A stretch of DNA of 64,000 nt from an uncultured Chloroflexia bacterium (GTDB lineage: Bacteria; Chloroflexota; Limnocylindria; QHBO01). The translations under genes and the position numbers were made by a program. The DNA lies in NCBI GenBank assembly GCA_963814375.1, contig CAWFCQ010000007.1:224001-288000 (forward strand). The letters run 5' to 3'. Each line of letters opens with the position of its first letter. Position 1 is the first letter of the stretch. Positions 44,457-54,689 of the stretch are shown here, piece after piece. Below the pieces are notes generated by a model, which was given only the letters and a program-made list of their open reading frames with translations, searched no databases and was not told the DNA's origin.

Positions 44457-45122
44457 ATGAGGGCGAGTCGATCCGCTGTCATCGGCGTGGCGCTTCTGCT
44501 CGCGGCCTGCTCGCTGCCGTCTCCGGACGAATCAGCCACGAGCGGAGAAACCGGCGACCCATCGGCGACCGGGAGCGGAGCCACTTCCCTGCCAGAGGCA
44601 GGTCAGCCGTACTCGGGCGCCGAGATCCTCGACGCCATGCGGGACTCGCGGCGACCGGGCGGCGTGCCGGATGAGCTCGAGACCGACGCCGTCGCATCGG
44701 CCATCGCCGATGCCATCTGGACGTTCGACGGGCAGCCATGGTCGGCGATGGCCATCGGCGCATCCTGCGGCGCGCCGAGCTGCTCGGTGGAGGTGGTGGG
44801 GACTCGGGACGACGCCAGCGGCGAGGATGTCTGGACCTTCGAGGCCGTCCCCGACGAGGAGGACGTCGAGCTCATCGCCAGCGACCTCACCGCGACGCCC
44901 GACGACGTCGTCACGGAGCTCGATCGCGTTGCGCGGCAGCTGGTGCCGATCGGCACGCTCGATGACCTGGCGCTTGCATCGACCCGATGGCTCGCGCCGC
45001 CGGACAACGGCGCCTTCGTGCTCGCCTACCGATCCGGGAACGAGGAACTCTCGTGCGCGGTGGACATCGCGCTGGATCCCATCGCGCCTCGCATCGTCTC
45101 GAGCGAAGCGACCGACTGCTGA
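44457..45122 (+). CDS. Hypothetical lipoprotein
   Basis: LLLAAC lipobox; four further Cys; acidic composition. Confidence 0.7.
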   Translation: MRASRSAVIGVALLLAACSLPSPDESATSGETGDPSATGSGATSLPEAGQPYSGAEILDAMRDSRRPGGVPDELETDAVASAIADAIWTFDGQPWSAMAIGASCGAPSCSVEVVGTRDDASGEDVWTFEAVPDEEDVELIASDLTATPDDVVTELDRVARQLVPIGTLDDLALASTRWLAPPDNGAFVLAYRSGNEELSCAVDIALDPIAPRIVSSEATDC

Positions 45123-45541
45123 GGCGGCCCGGGGCTGACCTCGAGCCGGAGCTCGCGGGATTCGCCGGCTTCGACCGACCAGGCTCGTAGGCGGGTCTCG
45201 CGGATTCCTCCGGCGAGCGTGGCGATCAGCTGGGGCACCGGGTAGCGAGCCTCGCGACGATCGGTCGCCGAAGGGACCGCATCGGTGACGGGGTGCGAGT
45301 GGAAGGTGGCGACCAGCTCGTCGCCGGCGGCCTCGATCTCGTGGAGGTGCCGGACGAGGTCCTCGGGGTGGAGATCGAAGCGATACGGACTCCGCACCGC
45401 GTTGCGTGCTGGATGGAAGGTCCGCCCGATCCCGCCGCGCCCCGAGACCAACCCGCAGGCCTCGTTCGGAAGCTCGCCGAGCGCGTGATCGAGCGCCGCG
45501 GTCACAACCGTATCGAGGAGACGGAAAGGGTCGTCGCTCAC
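45026..45541 (-). CDS. JAMM/MPN+ (M67, Mec-like) metalloprotease
   Basis: NEACG and HSHPVTDAVPSATD JAMM motif; 3' end uncertain (97-nt overlap with the convergent gene). Confidence 0.85.
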   Translation of the reverse strand: MSDDPFRLLDTVVTAALDHALGELPNEACGLVSGRGGIGRTFHPARNAVRSPYRFDLHPEDLVRHLHEIEAAGDELVATFHSHPVTDAVPSATDRREARYPVPQLIATLAGGIRETRLRAWSVEAGESRELRLEVSPGPPQQSVASLETMRGAMGSSAMSTAHESSSFPDR

Positions 45542-46620
45542 TGCGTACCGACCAAGGATCCACATGCGGGGCACGCCGGGTCGCGCTCGGCGCTCACCTC
45601 GTCGAAGGTCATCGCCCGCGCGTCGACGAGCAGCTGCCGACCGACGAGCGTGCCCTCGATCCCGAGAAGCAGCTTGAGGACCTCGGTCGCCTGGAGCGTG
45701 CCGATCAGGCCCGGAAGCACGCCCATCACGCCGGCCACATCGCAGGCGGGCACGAGCTCGTCGGGCGGCTGCTGCGGGTGCAGGCAGCGATAGCACGGAC
45801 CGACGAACGGGACGATCGTCGTCAGCTGGCCTTCCCAGCGGTAGACGGACGCATGCACCAGCGGCGTGCGGCGCCGGACCGCCGCGTCGTTGAGCGCGTA
45901 CCGCGCATCGAGATTGTCCGTGCCGTCGACGACGACGTCCCAGCCGGCGATCAGCCGATCGGCGCTGGCGGCGTCGAGGCGCTCCGCCGACGAGAGGACC
46001 CGCGTCGCGGGGTTCAGCCCGGCGAGTGCCTGCGCGGCGGAGTCGACCTTGCGCATCCCGACGCGATCCGCGTGGTGCAGCACCTGGCGGTGAAGGTTCG
46101 ACTCCTCGACCAGGTCGTCGTCGATGATGCCGATCGTCCCGACGCCGGCAGCAGCAAGGTAGATCGCGACCGGCGACCCGAGGCCGCCCGCGCCGACCAC
46201 GAGCACCTTCGCGTCAAGGAGGCGCTGCTGACCCTCCACGCCGACCTCGGGCAGGAGGATCTGGCGCGCGTATCGCCGCTCGTCGGCGGGGTCGAGCACG
46301 GGCGCCGGCTCCTCCCATGCGCCGCCCTGCGCCCTCCAATCGGTGAGCATCGCGTCGAGGTTCGCGATGGCGGTAAAGCCCTGAGCGGCCAGGTACTCCG
46401 CGACGCGCGATGAGCGGGCGCCGAAGCGGCAGTAGAGCAGCAGCGGCGCGTCGTGCGCGGGGAGATCGGCCAGCCGCGTGGGAATCTCCGCCAGGGGAAT
46501 GTGAGCGGCGCCGGCAATGTGGCCGGCCTGCCACTCGACCGGCTCACGAACGTCGATCACGGTGACGCCCGCGTCGCGCATGCTTATCGCCTCCGCCACG
46601 CCGACCTGTCGGAAGGTCAC
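45538..46620 (-). CDS. moeB: Rhodanese + ThiF/MoeB adenylyltransferase (MoeZ-like E1)
   Basis: IDVREPVEW, LYCRFGARS; RYARQI, GAGGLG, SNLHRQ, CYRC, PACDVAG, CPAC. Confidence 0.9.
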   Translation of the reverse strand: MTFRQVGVAEAISMRDAGVTVIDVREPVEWQAGHIAGAAHIPLAEIPTRLADLPAHDAPLLLYCRFGARSSRVAEYLAAQGFTAIANLDAMLTDWRAQGGAWEEPAPVLDPADERRYARQILLPEVGVEGQQRLLDAKVLVVGAGGLGSPVAIYLAAAGVGTIGIIDDDLVEESNLHRQVLHHADRVGMRKVDSAAQALAGLNPATRVLSSAERLDAASADRLIAGWDVVVDGTDNLDARYALNDAAVRRRTPLVHASVYRWEGQLTTIVPFVGPCYRCLHPQQPPDELVPACDVAGVMGVLPGLIGTLQATEVLKLLLGIEGTLVGRQLLVDARAMTFDEVSAERDPACPACGSLVGTQ

Positions 46621-47048
46621 GGCGCCGACCCTCCGGTGGTCGCTCCCAGCACCTCCGCCTCCTCCGGCCACTGTGCCGCCCCGCCGATGAGGGCGCCCTG
46701 GAGCACCTTGTAGACGAGGAGGGCGCACTTGAGGCGCGCCGGGCCGATCGGGACGCCGAGGCCCGCGACCACGGATCGTGGATCGAGCTCCCTCAGCTCT
46801 TCGAGGCTCCGACCCCGGAGCTCGTCGGTCATGATCGAGGCCGATGCCTGGCTGATGGCACACCCGCGCCCGTCGAATGCGACGTCAGCCACTCGCCGGC
46901 CCGTGTCGTCGAGCCGAAGCGTCAACGACATCTCGTCGCCGCAGGTCGGGTTCGCATCGGCGAATCGGAGGTCGGATGGCTCGAGGACGCCGCGGTTGTG
47001 CGGCTCGCGGTAGTGCTCGAGGATGAAGTCGCGGTAGAGGTTGTCCAT
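46617..47048 (-). CDS. sufU: SUF sulfur-transfer / NifU-like protein
   Basis: ILEHYREPHNRG, NPTCGD, GCAISQASAS, RLKCALL. Confidence 0.92.
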   Translation of the reverse strand: MDNLYRDFILEHYREPHNRGVLEPSDLRFADANPTCGDEMSLTLRLDDTGRRVADVAFDGRGCAISQASASIMTDELRGRSLEELRELDPRSVVAGLGVPIGPARLKCALLVYKVLQGALIGGAAQWPEEAEVLGATTGGSAP

Positions 47049-47054
47049 CGGCGC

Positions 47055-48311
47055 TCAGGCGGTGCCGAACAGCCGCTGGGCGGCGAGCACACCGGCTACG
47101 AGGCGGTCGACGTCTTCCGTGTCGTTGTAGACGCCGAAGCTTGCGCGCGTCGTGGCCGGCAGGTCGTAGCGCAGCATCACCGGCTGCGCGCAGTGATGAC
47201 CGGCGCGGACCGCGATTCCCTGGCTGTCGAGGACGGTGGCGACGTCGTGCGGGTGGATGCCCTCGACCGTGAAGCTGATCACGCCAGCGTGCTCGTGGGT
47301 CGAGGCGGGGCCCAGCAGGCCCACGCCGGGCAGGTTGCCGAGGGCCGTCCAGGCGTGCTCGAAGAGGCGTCGCTCGTGGTCCGTCACGGCGTCCATGCCG
47401 ATACCCTCGAGGAAGGCCACGGCAGCACCCAACCCGACCGCCTCGGCGATGGCCGGCGTGCCCGCCTCGAACTTCCACGGAACCTCGTTCCACTCTGCCC
47501 CGTCGAGCGTGACCCGCGTGATCATGCTGCCGCCCGTCAGGAACGGTGGCATCGCGTCCAGCAGCTCGCGGCGACCCCACAACGCGCCGATGCCGGACGG
47601 GCCGAGCATCTTGTGGCCGGAGAGGGCGGCGAAGTCGACGTCGAGCTCGGCGACATTCACCGGCAGATGGGGAACGCTCTGCGCCGCGTCGAGTACGACG
47701 AGTGCTCCTGCCGCGTGAGCGAGCCGTGTGATCTCGCGCACCGGGTTGATCGTGCCGAGCGCGTTGCTGACGTGCGTCAGCGCGACCAGCCGCGGCCCAC
47801 GCGCGATGCGCTTGCGCAGGTCGTCCATCTCGAGCCGGCCGTCATCGGTGAGCCGGACGTACTCGATCCGTGCGCCCGTCGCGCGCGCCAGCTCCTGCCA
47901 TGGGACGAGGTTGGCGTGGTGCTCCATCTCGGTGGTGAGAACCAGGTCGCCGGCACGAAGATTCGCGCGACCCCAGCTGTATGCGACGAGGTTGAGCGCC
48001 TCGGTGGCGTTGCGAACGAAGACGATCTCACGTGCCGATGGCGCGCCGATGAAACGCGCGAGCGCGGTGCGCGCGCCCTCGTACCGAGCGTCGGCGTCGA
48101 CGCTCAGCTCGTAGATGCCGCGATGGACGTTGGCGTAATGGTGAGCGTAGGTATCGGCCAGCGCGTCGATCACGACCCGTGGCTTCTGCGAGGAGGACGC
48201 CGAGTCGAGGTAGGCAAGCCGGTTCCCCGACGCCGTCGGGCGGTCGAAAACAGGGAACTGGTCCCGGAGGGCGGCGCCGTCGAGGAGCGCTGGAGCCTGG
48301 CCGACCGCCAT
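47055..48311 (-). CDS. sufS: Cysteine desulfurase
   Basis: YLDSASSSQKP, NVHRG, EHHAN, SGHKMLGP, FEAGTP, RAGHHCAQP. Confidence 0.95.
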   Translation of the reverse strand: MAVGQAPALLDGAALRDQFPVFDRPTASGNRLAYLDSASSSQKPRVVIDALADTYAHHYANVHRGIYELSVDADARYEGARTALARFIGAPSAREIVFVRNATEALNLVAYSWGRANLRAGDLVLTTEMEHHANLVPWQELARATGARIEYVRLTDDGRLEMDDLRKRIARGPRLVALTHVSNALGTINPVREITRLAHAAGALVVLDAAQSVPHLPVNVAELDVDFAALSGHKMLGPSGIGALWGRRELLDAMPPFLTGGSMITRVTLDGAEWNEVPWKFEAGTPAIAEAVGLGAAVAFLEGIGMDAVTDHERRLFEHAWTALGNLPGVGLLGPASTHEHAGVISFTVEGIHPHDVATVLDSQGIAVRAGHHCAQPVMLRYDLPATTRASFGVYNDTEDVDRLVAGVLAAQRLFGTA

Positions 48312-48324
48312 CTGCCGAGGGCGC

Positions 48325-49185
48325 CTAGTGCTGGCCGACCGGTTCCGGAGCTGAGGCCTCGTCGCCGATTCCGGCCGGCAGGCCGACCTGCTCTCGAACC
48401 CAGTCGTAGCCGTTCGCCTCCAGGCGATGCGAGAGCTCCTCGCCGCCCGACATCACCACCCGGCCGTCGAGGAGGACATGGACGAACTGCGGCTTCACGT
48501 AGTTCAGCATGCGCTGGTAGTGCGTGATCATCAGCACACCCATCTCGGGCGATAGGGTGGCGTTGATCCCGTCGGCGACGTTCCTGAGCGCGTCGATGTC
48601 GAGGCCGGAGTCGGTCTCGTCGAGGATCGCCATCGAGGGGCTGAGCACAGCCATCTGGAGCATCTCGAGGCGCTTCTTCTCGCCGCCGGAGAACCCGTCG
48701 TTGACATAGCGGGCGGCGAACCCGGGATCCATGTGGAGGAGCGCCATCTTCTCCTCCATCAGCTTGCGGAACTTCGCCAGCGGGATGCCGGTGTACTTGA
48801 TCGAGGTCTCGCCGGTCTCGTCGGCGGCCTTCGGATGATGGACGGCGTTGTAGATGTTGCGCAGGAAGCTGGCGACCGTCACGCCCGGAATCGCGCTCGG
48901 GTACTGGAACGCCAGGAACAGGCCCAGCCGGGCGCGCTTGTCGGGCGACATGCCCAGCGCGGTGGGACCGGCGAGCAGGTCGTGACCGGCCCAGGTGATG
49001 CTGCCGGCATCCACGATGTAGTCGGGATGACCCATGAGCGCGTAGGCGAGGCTGGTCTTGCCGGAGCCGTTCGGGCCCATCAGCGCATGGACCTCACCCT
49101 GACGCACCGTCAGGTCCAGGCCCTTGAGGATCTTCTTGGCTCCGATGCTCACCTCGAGCCCGGAGATGATGAGTTCGTCGGTCAT
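48325..49185 (-). CDS. sufC: Fe-S assembly ATPase
   Basis: GPNGSGKT, FQYP, GFSGGEKKR, LDETDSGLDID, ITHYQR. Confidence 0.95.
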   Translation of the reverse strand: MTDELIISGLEVSIGAKKILKGLDLTVRQGEVHALMGPNGSGKTSLAYALMGHPDYIVDAGSITWAGHDLLAGPTALGMSPDKRARLGLFLAFQYPSAIPGVTVASFLRNIYNAVHHPKAADETGETSIKYTGIPLAKFRKLMEEKMALLHMDPGFAARYVNDGFSGGEKKRLEMLQMAVLSPSMAILDETDSGLDIDALRNVADGINATLSPEMGVLMITHYQRMLNYVKPQFVHVLLDGRVVMSGGEELSHRLEANGYDWVREQVGLPAGIGDEASAPEPVGQH

Positions 49186-49676
49186 GCGTTCCTTGCTTCC
49201 TGAGCTGGCTGCGTCGCGCCCTGCGCGGCACGTCGGCGGCGCACGGCGGGCGGATAGGGTGGGCCTCCGGCGGTCTCCACCACCTCGGCCAGGTTGGTGG
49301 TCCCGAGCGAGAGGGAGAGCGACTCGTAGACGCGCTGGAAGACCTCGTGCACGCTGCATGGCTCGGGCCGGTCGCAATGCTCGAGGTCGCCGACACCGGC
49401 GCACGGCATCTCGAGCAGCGGTCCCTCGAGGGCACGGACCGCATCGGTCATCGCGATCTCGGCCGCCGGGCGGCCGAGGCGGTAGCCGCCGGCCTGGCCA
49501 CGGGTGGAGGCGACGAGCCCGGCCCGGCGCAGGTCCGCGACGAGATGCTCCAGGTAGGCATGCGGCAGCTTCTCGCGGCGCGCGATCTCGGCGAGCGACA
49601 GCGGACCGTCGACATCGGTCCTGGCCAGCGTGATGAGAACGCGGATGCCGTACTCGGTGCGCGTGCTGATCTTCAT
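49182..49676 (-). CDS. Rrf2-family regulator with three Cys (IscR-like)
   Basis: STRTEYG, YLEHL, STRGQAGGY, C-x8-C-x5-C. Confidence 0.92.
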   Translation of the reverse strand: MKISTRTEYGIRVLITLARTDVDGPLSLAEIARREKLPHAYLEHLVADLRRAGLVASTRGQAGGYRLGRPAAEIAMTDAVRALEGPLLEMPCAGVGDLEHCDRPEPCSVHEVFQRVYESLSLSLGTTNLAEVVETAGGPPYPPAVRRRRAAQGATQPAQEARNA

Positions 49677-50017
49677 GAACCCGGCTCCAGCGAAACCCGG
49701 ACCTCATCGCCCTCGACGACGGTCTCGTATGCGGTCACCGGCCGCACGGGCGGGAGGGCCAGAACACGCCCGCTGAACAGGTCGAAGCGGCCGCCGTGCC
49801 TGGGGCACTCGACCGCCGTGTCGTCGAGCTCCCCCTCGCCGAGCGTACCGCCATCGTGGGTGCAGACATTGTCGATGGCGCCCCACTCGCCGTCCTCGGT
49901 GAGGCCGATGCACAGCGAGCGTCCGTCGAGCTCCACCACGCGGACCGTGCCCGGCTCGACGTCCCCCACCCGGGCAACGGTGACGAATCCTGTCGCCGTC
50001 TGCTCGAGCGCCGTCAT
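49673..50017 (-). CDS. Rieske-type ferredoxin
   Basis: CTH...CPRH Rieske motif. Confidence 0.92.
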   Translation of the reverse strand: MTALEQTATGFVTVARVGDVEPGTVRVVELDGRSLCIGLTEDGEWGAIDNVCTHDGGTLGEGELDDTAVECPRHGGRFDLFSGRVLALPPVRPVTAYETVVEGDEVRVSLEPGS

Positions 50018-51258
50018 GCCGCGAGGTCCCCCGTCGCACCGATGCGTTCCGCGAGCGCGCCGAGCACCTCTGCCCGGATCGTCTCGTCCTCGACCTTGGA
50101 CACGACCTGCTCGAAGAAGCCGCGCACGATCATCCGCTCCGCGGCGTCCGGGTCGAGCCCGCGCGACTGGGCGTAGAAGAGCTGGGTCGGGTCGATGGCG
50201 CCCGCAGTCGCACCATGCCCGCAGCGCAGGATGTCGTTCGCCTCGATCTCGAGCACCGGGATCGGCTCGGCTCCGGCATCCGGGCTGAGGAGCAGGTTGC
50301 GGCACTCCTGGTAGCTGCTCGTCTGTCGGGTGCCCTTGCGAACGTTCGTCACGCCGTAGAAGGAGGCGTGAGCGCGGTCGTAGAGGGCGGAGAGGTAGAG
50401 CAGGTCGCTGGTCGTGTGGTCGGCGGCCAGGTCCTGGATGGTGTTGATGTCGATCTTCTGGTCGTCGCCGGCGGCGAGGATGCCGAGCACCTTCGATGTG
50501 CCGCCTGGACCGGCCATCTGGACGTCGAGCCCAACCTTCGTGACGCCCGAGCCGACCTCGGCGTTCAGCGTCGTGACGCTGGCATCCTGGCCGACCACGA
50601 CGCGCTGGGCGCCGACGTTCCAGACGCCGTCGCCGAGCCGCTGGAGGTTCGCATAGCGCACCTCCGCGCCGCGCTCGGTCCGAATATCGACGATCCCGCC
50701 GAACCAGCCGGCCACGCCATCCGGCGAGGACACCTCTTCGAGGAGCGTGATCGCGCTCCCCTCGTCCGCAACGATGAGCGAGAGTGGTAGGTACGTCGCA
50801 CCGGCGTCGCGCAGCGTCGTGCGCGCCACGAGCGTGCCGTCGACCGAGACGCCCCTTGGGACGTAGCAGAAGAGCCCGCCCGTCCACGCGGCCTGCGCGA
50901 GCGCCCAGAAGTGGGCATGGGAGGCTTGGCCGTCACTGGGATCCAGGAGGCGGCGCACGAGGTCGGGGTGCTCCCGGATGGCCGTGCGCAGGTCGCTGAG
51001 GATCACGCCATCGGGTAGTCCTCCCGGAACGATGACCTCGAGCTGGGGAGCGTCCGTGAGGAGCTCACCGTCGCGCGGCAGCCCGGCGAGATCGGTCCGG
51101 CGCCATTCCTCCTCCTGCCCGGTGGGCGGCGGCGTCGCCTCGGCGCGCGCCCACCACTCGGCGCGGAGGTTCCTCAGCCAGTCGGGATCGTCAAGGTGAT
51201 CGCTGATCCGCCCGATCGCGTCGGCGTCGAGCCCGGCGGCGGTGGTGGCCGTCGTCAA
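50014..51258 (-). CDS. sufD: Fe-S assembly protein SufD
   Basis: [37 protein letters not shown]; TTG start overlapping the sufB stop. Confidence 0.9.
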   Translation of the reverse strand: MTTATTAAGLDADAIGRISDHLDDPDWLRNLRAEWWARAEATPPPTGQEEEWRRTDLAGLPRDGELLTDAPQLEVIVPGGLPDGVILSDLRTAIREHPDLVRRLLDPSDGQASHAHFWALAQAAWTGGLFCYVPRGVSVDGTLVARTTLRDAGATYLPLSLIVADEGSAITLLEEVSSPDGVAGWFGGIVDIRTERGAEVRYANLQRLGDGVWNVGAQRVVVGQDASVTTLNAEVGSGVTKVGLDVQMAGPGGTSKVLGILAAGDDQKIDINTIQDLAADHTTSDLLYLSALYDRAHASFYGVTNVRKGTRQTSSYQECRNLLLSPDAGAEPIPVLEIEANDILRCGHGATAGAIDPTQLFYAQSRGLDPDAAERMIVRGFFEQVVSKVEDETIRAEVLGALAERIGATGDLAA

Positions 51259-52665
51259 CCGACGGCGCCTTCCATCTGGAGCTGGATGAGGCGGTTCATC
51301 TCGACCGCGTACTCCATCGGCAGCTCCTTCACGATCGGCTCGATGAAGCCGTTCACGATCATCGCCGCTCGCCTCCGCCTCGGACAGGCCGCGGCTCATG
51401 AGGTAGAAGAGCTGCTCCGAGCCGACCTTGCTGACGGTCGCCTCGTGGCCGATGGTGACATCCTCCTCGTCGATCTCCATGTACGGGTACGTGTCGGACC
51501 GCGCCTCCTCGTCGAGGATGAGGGCGTCGCAGCGCACGGTCGACTTCGACTTCTCGCAGCCGGGGTAGACCTTGATCAGGCCACGGTACGAGGTGCGGCC
51601 GGTCCCCTTGCTGATCGACTTGGACGTGATGAGCGAGGTCGTGTTCGGAGCGGCGTGGATGATCTTCCCGCCTGCGTCCTGGTGCTGCTCGTCACCCGCG
51701 AAGGCGATGCTCAGCACCTCCCCGTGGGCGCGCTCGCCGACCAGGTAGATGGACGGATACTTCATCGTCACCTTGGAACCGAGGTTGCCGTCGACCCACT
51801 CCATCACCGCATCCTCGTGCGCGACAGCGCGCTTGGTGACGAGGTTGTAGACGTTGTGGCTCCAGTTCTGGATGGTCGTGTAGCGCACCCGGGCGCCCTT
51901 CTTGACGACGATCTCCACCACGGCGCTGTGGAGTGACGCAGTCGAGTAGGTCGGCGCGGTGCACCCTTCGACGTAGTGAACCGACGAGCCCTCGTCGGCG
52001 ATGATGAGCGTCCGCTCGAACTGGCCCATGTTCTCGGTGTTGATCCGGAAGTAGGCCTGCAGCGGCAGCTCGACATGGACGCCCTTCGGCACGTAGATGA
52101 AGCTTCCGCCGCTCCAGACGGCCGTGTTGAGCGCCGCGAGCTTGTTGTCGTTGGCGGGGATGACCGTGCCGAAATGCTCGCGGAACAGCTCGGGGTGAGT
52201 CTTGAGTGCCTCATCGGTCCCGAGGAAGATCACGCCCTGCTTCTCGAGATCCTCGCGGATGTTGTGGTACACGACTTCGGAGTCGTATTGGCCACCGACG
52301 CCGGCGAGGTACTTCTTCTCCGCCTCGGGGATGCCGAGCTTGTCGTACGTGCGACGGATGTAGTCGGGCACATCGTCCCAGGACTGCATGGCCTTGTCGG
52401 TCCCGGTGACGTAGTAGTAGATGTCCTGGAAGTCGATCCCGTCCAGGTCCGCGCCCCACTTCGGCATCGGGCGCGCCTCGAAGTGCCGAAATGCCTTGAG
52501 GCGCATCTTTGTCATCCACTCCGGCTCGCCCTTGATGCGGCTGATCTCGGCGACGATCTCGGAGTTGATGCCCTTCGGAAACGTGGTCCGGGGCTGCTCG
52601 GGATCGTTCCAGCCATACCGGTAGCCGCCGGGAACCTGGGTCAGGGCGGGGTTGGGGAGGGCCAT
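51255..52665 (-). CDS. sufB: Fe-S assembly protein SufB (frameshift near 51367)
   Basis: [38 protein letters not shown]; tail [35 protein letters not shown] lies in the shifted frame. Confidence 0.95.
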
Positions 52666-52695
52666 TGTTCCTCGATTCTTGCTCGCGTCGGTGAA

Positions 52696-52716
52696 TCCCG
52701 ACTGGATTGGTCGGGA
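52696..52716. promoter_or_regulatory. Inverted repeat upstream of sufB, candidate Rrf2 operator
   Basis: TCCCGAC-N7-GTCGGGA, 30 bp upstream of the sufB ATG. Confidence 0.6.
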
Positions 52717-52784
52717 ATCGCGCTCATTGTCGCGCCTAGTAGCGGGGTGGTCAAACTCTCCGACGGCGGGTGTAGAGTCGCGAG

Positions 52785-53357
52785 GTGACCGTCGCGGGCG
52801 CAACGGCGCCTCATCCGGTGCCCGATCGAGGTCGCCTCGCGTGGGCGCTGGCGCTCGGCGCGCTCGTTGCGCTGTCGCTGGGGGTCTATGGAGCGGTTCA
52901 CGATCCGACCGGGCGCAGCCTCGTCACGCTCTTCTTCACGGCCACCATCAACGCCAAGGTGTGGCTGGCCACGTTCGCGGCCGTGCTCGCTTTGGTCCAG
53001 GTCCTGTCGGCGGCGCGCCTCTACGGCAAGCTCGGGCGCGGGAGCGCGCCGCGCTGGCTGGGCCGGCTGCACCGGGCAACCGGGGCGCTCGCGTTTCTGC
53101 TCACCATCCCGGTGGCGTACCACTGCCTCTGGGCTCTCGGGTTCGAGGCGGCCGTGGATCTTCGGGCAGTGGCGCACGGGCTCCTGGGCTGCCTCTTCTT
53201 CGGAGCGCTGGCGGCCAAGGTGCTGCTCGTGCGCTCGCCGGGCCTGCCCGGTTGGGCGCTCCCGATGGCGGGCGGCCTGGTGTTCACCAGCCTCATCGGC
53301 GTGTGGCTGACGAGCTCGTTCTGGTTCTTCACCAGCGTTTCCTTCCCGGGAGTCTGA
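52785..53357 (+). CDS. DUF6529-like membrane protein (possibly heme-binding)
   Basis: About 5 TM; KVWLAT, LHRATG, AYHC, VAHG, WLTSS. Confidence 0.7.
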   Translation: MTVAGATAPHPVPDRGRLAWALALGALVALSLGVYGAVHDPTGRSLVTLFFTATINAKVWLATFAAVLALVQVLSAARLYGKLGRGSAPRWLGRLHRATGALAFLLTIPVAYHCLWALGFEAAVDLRAVAHGLLGCLFFGALAAKVLLVRSPGLPGWALPMAGGLVFTSLIGVWLTSSFWFFTSVSFPGV

Positions 53358-53363
53358 GGCGAC

Positions 53364-53483
53364 ATGTCACGCAGGACCTACAACCGGATCATCGGCATCG
53401 TCCTGGCGGCGGGCGCAGCGCTGTTCGTTCTCCTTCTGGCTGGCGTCGGGTCGAGCCTGATCAGCCGGCCGCCGACGCCATGA
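53364..53483 (+). CDS. 39-aa single-TM small protein (below the ORF track cut-off)
   Basis: MSRRTYNRIIGIVLAAGAALFVLLLAGVGSSLISRPPTP; starts 6 nt after the upstream stop. Confidence 0.5.
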   Translation: MSRRTYNRIIGIVLAAGAALFVLLLAGVGSSLISRPPTP

Positions 53484-54654
53484 GGCCATCCAGGCGATCG
53501 AGCTCGGCGGCGCGCGGCCGCCGCTCGACGAAGTCACGCGCCTCCTCGACGCGGATGGCCGCGTTGACGATCGCCACCTGCGCGATGCGTCCTTCGACGA
53601 AGTAGGCAACCGCGAACCGATCGGCCGCGGGATCGCCGAGGATGCGCGTCTCGTCCCACGCCGGAGCCAGCCCGACCACGTCGATCTGTCGCCCCGCCAC
53701 CTCGCTGAAGACCCACGGCGCCCGCACCGGCACCGGCGGCTCGCCGAGCATTGCCCGGGCGGCACGCTCCCCCGCCTCGCGCGCCGCGTGCCAGTGCTCG
53801 ACCCGCTGCTCGCCGAGGCGCGCCACGTCGCCGGCGGCCCATACCGAGCCATGGGTGCTGCGCTGCGCCGCGTCGACCACGATGCCATCGTCGACCCTGA
53901 GGCCCGCGGCCTCCGCGACCGAGGTCCGGGGCACGACACCGATCCCGGCGAGGCAGAAGGCATGCTCGAGCCCTTCATCGCCGATCCACGCTCGGTCCGC
54001 CCCGAGCCGGGTGACGGCGACGCCGGTGCGGATCCTGACGCCCGCGTCGACCAGCCGCTCACGCGCCCACGTGTCGAGATCGTCGCCGAGCGATCCGCCC
54101 CAGAGGCGGTCGGTCATCTCGATGACCGTCGGGCGCAGACCGAGGGCCGCCAGGCCGGAGGCGACCTCGACGCCGATGAAGCCGCCCCCGACGATCGTCA
54201 CCGGCGCGTCGCGGCCGGCGGCGATGGCCATCGCGCGGAGACGTCGGGCCTCGGGCAGGGTGCGCAGCAGAAGCGCGTGCTCCCCACCGGGCATCCGAAG
54301 GGCCCGCGGCTCGGCCCCGGTCGCGAGCAGGCAGCGCTCGAAGGCGACGCGAGTGCCATCGACGAGCAGTGCCGAGCCACCGCTAGGATCCAGCTCGAGG
54401 ACCTCGGTTCCGAGCCGGAGCTCGACCGCGCGCCGCTCGTACCACGAGGCGGGCTCCGCCATCACCAGGTCGTCGGGGAGCTCGTCGCGAAGCAGCTCCT
54501 TGCTCAGCGGCGGCCGGTTGTAGGGCAGAGTCGGCTCCGACGAGACGATGAGGATCCGACCGTTGTATCCCAGCTTGCGGAGCGTGCGCGCGCAACGAAC
54601 CGACGCCACGCCGCCGCCGACGAGGAGGGTGCCGACACGCTCGACCCTGTCCAC
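53461..54654 (-). CDS. FAD-dependent NAD(P)H ferredoxin reductase-like oxidoreductase
   Basis: GGGVAS, PYNRPPLSK, LLATG, GGGFIGVE, WAAGDVA, VEHW. Confidence 0.9.
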   Translation of the reverse strand: MDRVERVGTLLVGGGVASVRCARTLRKLGYNGRILIVSSEPTLPYNRPPLSKELLRDELPDDLVMAEPASWYERRAVELRLGTEVLELDPSGGSALLVDGTRVAFERCLLATGAEPRALRMPGGEHALLLRTLPEARRLRAMAIAAGRDAPVTIVGGGFIGVEVASGLAALGLRPTVIEMTDRLWGGSLGDDLDTWARERLVDAGVRIRTGVAVTRLGADRAWIGDEGLEHAFCLAGIGVVPRTSVAEAAGLRVDDGIVVDAAQRSTHGSVWAAGDVARLGEQRVEHWHAAREAGERAARAMLGEPPVPVRAPWVFSEVAGRQIDVVGLAPAWDETRILGDPAADRFAVAYFVEGRIAQVAIVNAAIRVEEARDFVERRPRAAELDRLDGLMASAAG

Positions 54655-54689
54655 GCGAGCATGCTACCGGCGCCGGTAGACTCCGCTCG

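Noticed and set aside
50014-52803. Apparent 929-aa SufB-SufD fusion
   Set aside because: The conserved SufB tail and its stop (51255) are in the shifted frame; one extra base near 51367 explains it.
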